A stretch of DNA of 64,000 bases from Candidatus Thorarchaeota archaeon. Its GTDB lineage: Archaea > Asgardarchaeota > Thorarchaeia > Thorarchaeales > Thorarchaeaceae. The DNA lies in contig JBHLRP010000002.1 of the NCBI GenBank assembly GCA_048882485.1, forward strand, positions 150,606 through 214,605, written 5' to 3'. The position numbers and the translations under genes are program-made. Under the pieces are notes generated by a model. The model was not told where the DNA came from. It searched no databases and saw only the letters and a list, made by a program, of their open reading frames with translations. Shown here piece by piece: positions 57,673 to 64,000 of the stretch; within the stretch, counting starts at the first letter, position 1, and each line of letters starts with the position of its first letter.

Positions 57673-58782
57673 ATGCTCGAGAGCAAAGCGTATATTGAAC
57701 GTATGAGGCGCGTCACGGGATTCCTTGAAGAACAAAATGTGGACTTCGGTATTGTAACCCCCTCTGCTGCTTTCCTTTATCTAACAGGGATTCATCGGGC
57801 GTTGTCTGAGCGGCTTATTGCACTTCTTCTGTTTCCTGATAGGAGCCCTCAAATTGTAGCTCCTGCCTTCGAGGTGTCCACCCTTGCTGAACACACATGG
57901 ATTAAGGACATTCATCCATGGGCTGAGGATGAAGACCCATACAGAGTTCTAGCAAATACGCTTGGTTCCATTGAGGGCGGCAAATCAATTGCTTTTGAAG
58001 AAACTCTGCCGCTTGGAATCTACTGGTCTTTGGAAACTGCTGTTGGGGGAATAAATGAACATGCTTCCCTGACCCCTCTAATTGATGAGATGCGGCTCTC
58101 TAAGACAGAAGAAGAGCTTGTGCTAATGAGAAAAGCTGGGAGGATCATCAAAGATGCGGTGTCAGAAGCGTTCGCAAAAGCAGAGTTGGGAATGACAGAA
58201 CTAGAAGTGCAGCAAATGGTGAGAGCTGAGATAACCAAGCTAGGAGCCGTTCCTACATTCTCTGCAATTCAGTTTGGTGAGAATAGTGCGTTGCCGCATG
58301 CATCAGCTGGAGCTCGCACACTCAAGAAAGGTGACATGGTTCTGATGGATTGTGGATGCATCGTGGAGGGTTATAACACTGATATGACTCGAGTTGGAGT
58401 TGTGGGAAATCCATCTGACGAGCAGGAACTAATACACTCCATTGTTCTGAAAGCCCAGCAGGAGACAATTGAGCGAATAAGTGAGGGATTGGCATGCGGC
58501 GCAGCCGACGGAATTGCCAGAAGAGTGATAGAAGAATCTGGCTACGGAGAATACTTCACTCATAGACTCGGACATGGCATTGGACTAGAAGTGCATGAGC
58601 CACCATACTTGGTGAGGGGAAACTCGGCCGAGCTCAAACCCGGAATGACCCACAGTGTTGAACCAGGTATCTATCTCGAGGGGAAATTCGGAGTGAGAAT
58701 CGAAGACTTAGTCTGTGTGACAGAAAAATACCCTGAGATTCTAACCTACATGCCTAGAGGCCTAGTAATTATTGATGGCTAG
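57673..58782 (+). CDS. Xaa-Pro aminopeptidase/prolidase (M24B)
   Basis: PHA, MDCG, YNTDMTR, HRLGHGIGLEVHEPP, EPGIY, GVRIED; real start ATG 57673. Confidence 0.92.
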   Translation: MLESKAYIERMRRVTGFLEEQNVDFGIVTPSAAFLYLTGIHRALSERLIALLLFPDRSPQIVAPAFEVSTLAEHTWIKDIHPWAEDEDPYRVLANTLGSIEGGKSIAFEETLPLGIYWSLETAVGGINEHASLTPLIDEMRLSKTEEELVLMRKAGRIIKDAVSEAFAKAELGMTELEVQQMVRAEITKLGAVPTFSAIQFGENSALPHASAGARTLKKGDMVLMDCGCIVEGYNTDMTRVGVVGNPSDEQELIHSIVLKAQQETIERISEGLACGAADGIARRVIEESGYGEYFTHRLGHGIGLEVHEPPYLVRGNSAELKPGMTHSVEPGIYLEGKFGVRIEDLVCVTEKYPEILTYMPRGLVIIDG

Positions 58783-59450
58783 TCCGAGTCTTTGTCGCTG
58801 TCAGGAGACACATCTCTAGTCCTCGAGAGGAGTTCTTCCATCTGCTTTCTGTCATCTTCAGACATTCTTTCCATGGCTTCAGCGGATTGTCTTATCATCG
58901 GCTCAATGACAAGCGAGTATGCAGCGGGTAGGGTCGTTATTGTTTCAACCCTTTCTTTATAGTCCTGTTCTGCGAGCTCCTTGGCGTCTTTGAGCCCATC
59001 CTTTGTTACCTCACCTTGACCTACTCCGGGGCAGTCCTTGCTGCTGAGGTAGTACTTGGTTCCATTGTACTCAAGAGGAAATGTCCTGCATGAAATGGGG
59101 CGTGCGTATCTAATGATGCAGCCATTTGCATCTTCGTCAAAGAAGATGCATGCGCTTCCTTCTGACTCGACCTTCAATGGTTTTCTCTTGGTTTCTATTG
59201 TCATCGAATCAGTTTCTTTCTCTGGAGGGATTATCTCTAGTCCGCCAATAATATTGGCAATATAGCCCTGGACAGTCCACCTACTAAGGTCTCCAAATGT
59301 CACGTTAACGTGAGGTCGGATGTGGCAATCACGTGTTGTGCATTTCTGCTCCAAGCATTTGAAACGGTACTTGGGGACGGTTTTATCCTCTGCTTTTTCC
59401 TTGGTTTCTTCCTCTGCCTTCTCCTCAGCCGGCTCCTTCTCATCAGACAC
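58779..59450 (-). CDS. YkgJ-family cysteine cluster protein
   Basis: FKC...C...C, CIFFD....CIIRYARPISCRTFP, CPG. Confidence 0.8.
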   Translation of the reverse strand: MSDEKEPAEEKAEEETKEKAEDKTVPKYRFKCLEQKCTTRDCHIRPHVNVTFGDLSRWTVQGYIANIIGGLEIIPPEKETDSMTIETKRKPLKVESEGSACIFFDEDANGCIIRYARPISCRTFPLEYNGTKYYLSSKDCPGVGQGEVTKDGLKDAKELAEQDYKERVETITTLPAAYSLVIEPMIRQSAEAMERMSEDDRKQMEELLSRTRDVSPDSDKDSD

Positions 59451-59625
59451 AGCTTTTCACCTTTCAGTCTGAACGGCTGCTGCTGGAATCGTCAATCTCT
59501 TAATGTTTTCGAATAAGACTACAGATAGTTTTGTGACATGCCGAAAGGTATTTTTCCCTACATGGAGGGCGCTAGTCAGCCACGAGGGAGTATGCTAACT
59601 CGGAAGGTGCAGTGGAGTCCACAAA

Positions 59626-62418
59626 ATGGTTGAAGGTCAATGGTACAATAACGACCTCGAGCACATAGTGAAAGCACTCGAAACGACAACAGACGGGCTG
59701 ACCGAGGAAGAAGCTATTCAGCGCATCGAGAAATACGGGTATAATGAGCTCATTGAAACTGGTACTGTAAGTCCCATAGTCATGTTCCTACGGCAGTTCA
59801 CCGATCCTATGGTATTGATACTCCTCGTCGCTATTGCGATTTCTGTCATAACTGGTTTATTCTCTCAGGAAGGTGAATCTGGCTTTATCGATGCGATTGT
59901 GATAGGAGCTATTGTGCTCTTCAATGCTGTGTTTGGCTTCGTACAAGAATATAGATCAGAAAAAGCGCTAGACGCCCTCAAGGAAATGGCTGCACCTCGG
60001 GCAAGGGTAAAACGCGATGGACTTTGGAAGGAGATTGACTCACGATATGTTGTTCCAGGTGATATGCTCGGATTTGAGACTGGAGACAAGGTTGCCACTG
60101 ATGCTAGAGTTTCCTATGCAGTAGGTCTCTCCGCAGATGAAGCTGTCCTCACGGGTGAGTCGTTGGCTGTGAGGAAAGTGACTGATCCTCTAAATTTGGT
60201 CTCGCCAGCTGTTGGTGACTTGAAGAACATGGTCTTTCAAGGCACAACAATTGTATCCGGCAAGGGTCAGGCAATTGCTACTGCTACAGGGATGCAAACA
60301 AGATTCGGCAAAATCGCAGAGATGGTTCAAGAGAGTGAGAAGGATATGACCCCACTCCAGCAAGACTTGGCGGACCTTGGCAAGAAACTGGGGCTGCTGG
60401 TCATTGCACTCTGCATCATTGTCTTCGCTGCCGAGGTGTTTGCAAGTGTAGCCTCGAATCCAATCGAGGCATTGTTGGCGGCAATTGCACTTGCAGTATC
60501 TGCTATCCCGGAGGGACTTCCTGCAGTGGTGACCATCACTCTAGCAATTGGCGTACAAATGATGGTTGACCGTAATGCGATAGTCAGACGACTGCCATCA
60601 GTCGAAACCCTAGGATCAACAACTATCATAGCTTCCGACAAGACTGGCACAATTACAAAGAATGAGATGACTGTTCAGGCACTCTTCACGAATGGCATGA
60701 CAATCAACGTGACCGGTGTCGGCTACAATCGTGATGGCGGTTTTTACAGAGCTAGTACTGACTTCGATGTAAAGGCAGATCCACATACAGCCCGACTTCT
60801 TGAGATTGGTCAGTTGTGTACGAACTCCCTGTTGCAACCTGATCCAACAAGTTCAGCTGATTGGTCCATTGTTGGCGACCCGACTGAAGGGGCTCTACTC
60901 GTCGTTGCTGAAAAAGCAGGAATATCCTACGAAGAAACTCGCTCAAAGTATGAAGAGATTTCGGAAATATCATTCGACTCTTCACGCAAACGAATGACCA
61001 CTATTTGCAGAGACCAAGATGGGGCTCTCTGGGCGTTTTCGAAAGGTGCACCAGAGGTTCTAGTCCCACTCTGTGATAAGGGATATGAGCATGATGCTTT
61101 TTGTGACTTAACTGAGAAAAACCGTGAGAACATCCTTGCCATCAACGCAGGATTTGCAGCTAATGCTCTCAGGGTCCTTGCATTCGCATATCGTCGCTTG
61201 GATGAAGAACTCGAAGAATGGGAACCAGAGGAGGTTGAACGAAATCTGATTTTCGTTGGTCTTGTGGGGATGATAGACCCTGCGAGAGACGAGGTCCATG
61301 AGGCAATTAGGACCTGTCTGCATGCGGGAATACGACCAATCATGATTACTGGCGACCATGAGCTGACCGCTAGAGCAATAGCCGTCGAAGTCGGCCTAAT
61401 CGATAGAGATGCCGATGTAGTTACAGGTGCAATGATAGAGCAGATGTCTGATGAAGACCTCAGCAATGCAGTTCGTCATGTAGATGTCTATGCCAGAGTT
61501 TCCCCCGACCATAAACTCAAGATTGTGAACGCGCTTAAGTTTCATAATGAAGTCGTCGCGATGACAGGTGATGGTGTGAACGACGCCCCCGCTGTTAAGA
61601 CAGCAGACGTAGGCGTATCTATGGGCGTGCGCGGTGCTGATGTCACAAAGGAGGCATCTGATGTCATCCTCACAGATGACAACTTTGCGACCATTGTGAC
61701 AGCTGTTGAGAAAGGGCGAGAGATATACTCCAATATCCGTAAATTTGTGCGATTCCTCTTGGCGGCGAACTTTGACGAGATATTCCTCATATTCACCATC
61801 GTGCTGATTGGACTGCCTCTGCCAATTACGCCTATTCAGATACTGTGGCTCAATCTCGCCACTGATGGTTTCCCAGCCCTAGCTCTAGGTGTTGACCCTC
61901 CTGAGGAGGGCGTAATGGACCGCCCACCGCGAAAGCCCGGAAAGAAAATGATGGATCGGGGTATGGTCATGTTTGTGGTCATTGCAGGCTTTGTTGCTTT
62001 CCTAGCCGCAGCATTTGTCTTTCTTCTGGCTCTAACGATCAATGGTGGGTGGATTCCTGGCATAACAGGCCCCCTTGTCGACTGGGCCATCGCACCTTGG
62101 AACGATATTCTGAAGCATGCTCGTACGACAGTTTTTGCGAGTGTGGTCACCTTTGAGCTTCTCTTCGTCTGGAACTGTAGGGATGAGTATAGACCAGTTT
62201 GGAAGACTCATGTTACGGGCTCGAAAGCACTCATGGGTGCAGTAGCATTGTCCGTCCTTCTCACCCTAGCAACCATTTATGTTCCATTCATGCAACCATT
62301 GTTTGAAACCATGCCGCTCAATCTCGTTGACTGGGGAATCATTCTATTGACTTGTCTCCCAGCTTTGTTGATACCGCCCCATATTATCTTCGGACATAGG
62401 AGAGAGAATGCGAACTAG
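59626..62418 (+). CDS. P-type IIA (Ca2+-type) cation-transporting ATPase
   Basis: TGES, IPEGLP, DKTGT, KGAPE, TGD, GDGVND, QILWLNLATDG. Confidence 0.95.
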   Translation: MVEGQWYNNDLEHIVKALETTTDGLTEEEAIQRIEKYGYNELIETGTVSPIVMFLRQFTDPMVLILLVAIAISVITGLFSQEGESGFIDAIVIGAIVLFNAVFGFVQEYRSEKALDALKEMAAPRARVKRDGLWKEIDSRYVVPGDMLGFETGDKVATDARVSYAVGLSADEAVLTGESLAVRKVTDPLNLVSPAVGDLKNMVFQGTTIVSGKGQAIATATGMQTRFGKIAEMVQESEKDMTPLQQDLADLGKKLGLLVIALCIIVFAAEVFASVASNPIEALLAAIALAVSAIPEGLPAVVTITLAIGVQMMVDRNAIVRRLPSVETLGSTTIIASDKTGTITKNEMTVQALFTNGMTINVTGVGYNRDGGFYRASTDFDVKADPHTARLLEIGQLCTNSLLQPDPTSSADWSIVGDPTEGALLVVAEKAGISYEETRSKYEEISEISFDSSRKRMTTICRDQDGALWAFSKGAPEVLVPLCDKGYEHDAFCDLTEKNRENILAINAGFAANALRVLAFAYRRLDEELEEWEPEEVERNLIFVGLVGMIDPARDEVHEAIRTCLHAGIRPIMITGDHELTARAIAVEVGLIDRDADVVTGAMIEQMSDEDLSNAVRHVDVYARVSPDHKLKIVNALKFHNEVVAMTGDGVNDAPAVKTADVGVSMGVRGADVTKEASDVILTDDNFATIVTAVEKGREIYSNIRKFVRFLLAANFDEIFLIFTIVLIGLPLPITPIQILWLNLATDGFPALALGVDPPEEGVMDRPPRKPGKKMMDRGMVMFVVIAGFVAFLAAAFVFLLALTINGGWIPGITGPLVDWAIAPWNDILKHARTTVFASVVTFELLFVWNCRDEYRPVWKTHVTGSKALMGAVALSVLLTLATIYVPFMQPLFETMPLNLVDWGIILLTCLPALLIPPHIIFGHRRENAN

Positions 62419-63257
62419 GAAGGTAGGCGCTTTTGAAGCCATCCATACATTTCAGCTAGGACCATATCCTTCTCAGGTTCCTCATGTAGCTCATGATAAA
62501 GTCCTTCGTACATACGAAACGTCTTATCCTTGGATGCAATTGATTCAAAGAACTCCTTGCTTCTATCGGGGGAGATTAGCTTGTCATCCCCTGCCTGTTG
62601 ATAGAAGACAGGTAAAGTAATTCTCTCCCCCTCCTTGAAGGTCTCTTCAGACGCTTTCAACGCTTCTATCCCGAACCTTGGCGTGACGCCATGGAATCGA
62701 AGAGGGTCTGTTTCATGCCTCATAATGACTTCAGGGCTGCGCGATCCATCGGCCAAATCGACATCGCCCTCGTAATACCTTTTCACATTCAGGAGGGAGA
62801 GGATCCTTGCGAAGAATCTCCTCACCGGGCCAATTTCCAGAGTCTGTGCCACTGCTGGACACTGCAGTAGAATCCCATCAACAGTCCTAGGATATGCCAT
62901 GATATATCGCAGGACCATGAGGCCTCCAAGCGAGGCTCCAAACAGAAAGGTGATCTTATTCAGAAACCTGTCTTTGACCTGCATCACAAGATTCTGTATA
63001 TCCTCTATGTATTCACTGAAGCGCATCACATGCCCTTTTTGCCCTTCGAAATGGCCGAAGCCTCTCATGTCAGGAGCAAAGACCGCGATCCCTTTCTCAG
63101 CCATGAACTCACCAATTGTACCTAAATCCAGTCCATGGCTACCCAATCCATGTATCGCTATAATCAATGCACGAGGCTTTTCGTTGTCAGGAATCCAGGA
63201 TGCCATAAACATCCGTGTGCCATCAAAACCAACATACTTGGTTTCCTTGAACTTCAT
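62415..63257 (-). CDS. alpha/beta hydrolase (lysophospholipase/monoacylglycerol lipase-like)
   Basis: HGLG, DMRGFG, GASLGG, DKL, YHELH. Confidence 0.9.
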   Translation of the reverse strand: MKFKETKYVGFDGTRMFMASWIPDNEKPRALIIAIHGLGSHGLDLGTIGEFMAEKGIAVFAPDMRGFGHFEGQKGHVMRFSEYIEDIQNLVMQVKDRFLNKITFLFGASLGGLMVLRYIMAYPRTVDGILLQCPAVAQTLEIGPVRRFFARILSLLNVKRYYEGDVDLADGSRSPEVIMRHETDPLRFHGVTPRFGIEALKASEETFKEGERITLPVFYQQAGDDKLISPDRSKEFFESIASKDKTFRMYEGLYHELHEEPEKDMVLAEMYGWLQKRLPS

Positions 63258-63353
63258 AGAGAGTCACTATGAATGACAAAGTCTTGGCACTATTAATGTT
63301 GCCTCGAAAATGGAGGCAGGAGTGACCTACGCAAGATCACTCCGATATGAGGA

Positions 63354-64000
63354 TTAGAACCTGTTAGGAACCGGCTTATCGCCAGAGTAGTCATAGAAGC
63401 CCATGCCAGATTTCCTACCCAGCCACCCTGCACGAACCATCTTTCGCAGAAGTGCTGGTGCTCTGTACTTGCTGTCTTTGAACTCGTCCACAAAGTAGTC
63501 AGATATGTAGAGCATCGTGTCAAGCCCAACAAAATCAGCAAGAGTCAGTGGTCCCATCGGCCAGTTCAGCCCAAGATGAATGGCTTTATCCATGTCCTCA
63601 ACAGTTGCAATGCCCTCTTGGATTGCAAATACTGCCTCATTCAGAGCTGGCACTAGCAGGCGATTCACAGCAAATCCTGGTGCTTCATTAACCAGGACGG
63701 TTTCCTTTCCAATCCTAGCAGAAACCTCCTCAATCACCTTCACAGTAGAATCGTCTGTAGCCTGGCCCTTAATGATCTCTACCAGCCGCATGACAGGAAC
63801 CGGGTTAAAGAAATGCATACCTATGAATAGATTCGGCCGCTCAGTGACAGCAGCCATTTGGGTAATGCTGATACTAGAAGTGTTGGACGCCAAGATCGCA
63901 TGCTTTGGAGCGGCCTCGTCAATTTCCTTCCATGTATCAAGTTTGAGCTTTACAATTTCAGGAATTGCCTCGATAACTAGATCCGCATCTTTGACAGCGT
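63354..64000 (-). CDS. hbd: 3-hydroxyacyl-CoA dehydrogenase (runs off window end)
   Basis: Frame extends upstream as ADLVIEAIPE...ILASNTSS; GMHFFNP, PGFAVNR, PMGPL, GRKSG. Confidence 0.9.
   Translation of the reverse strand, partial: AVKDADLVIEAIPEIVKLKLDTWKEIDEAAPKHAILASNTSSISITQMAAVTERPNLFIGMHFFNPVPVMRLVEIIKGQATDDSTVKVIEEVSARIGKETVLVNEAPGFAVNRLLVPALNEAVFAIQEGIATVEDMDKAIHLGLNWPMGPLTLADFVGLDTMLYISDYFVDEFKDSKYRAPALLRKMVRAGWLGRKSGMGFYDYSGDKPVPNRF

Noticed and set aside
59560-59625. yybP-ykoY Mn2+ riboswitch before the P-type ATPase (GGGAGTA seen)
   Set aside because: Too little sequence before the ATG and the remaining conserved elements are absent

Overview
Gene-dense archaeal chromosome segment. 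It most resembles Asgard archaea (Thorarchaeia-like), which is an inference from gene content, GGAGG/GGTGA RBSs and BRE-TATA promoters. About 50 CDS; no rRNA, tRNA, CRISPR array or mobile element was recognised. Housekeeping genes include XPB (partial), two tandem RIO kinases, serC with DUF1015, a truncated TFS, ogt, a GTPBP1-like GTPase, tldD/pmbA, gyaR, citG, a sirtuin, grpE-dnaK-dnaJ, a P-type ATPase and hbd (partial). There are four large membrane-anchored S8 subtilases. The best candidate for an undescribed system is at 4.4-10.5 kb. A PqqD/RRE-radical SAM-SPASM peptide maturase is transcribed divergently from a 719-aa single-pass membrane protein. That protein's predicted cytoplasmic C-terminus is a 49-aa RiPP-core-like tail (11 Cys, 9 His; nine H-x-A-C units, ending VSGGFR). 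The locus also has a translationally coupled metallophosphoesterase and a co-oriented D-amino-acid PLP enzyme. Several proteins look eukaryote-like: a Site-1 protease (MBTPS1)-like subtilase, a DDRGK/PCI-like winged-helix membrane protein, an SLC44/CTL-like transporter and an XPB with the N-terminal domain. All family calls are by motif recognition, not database search.
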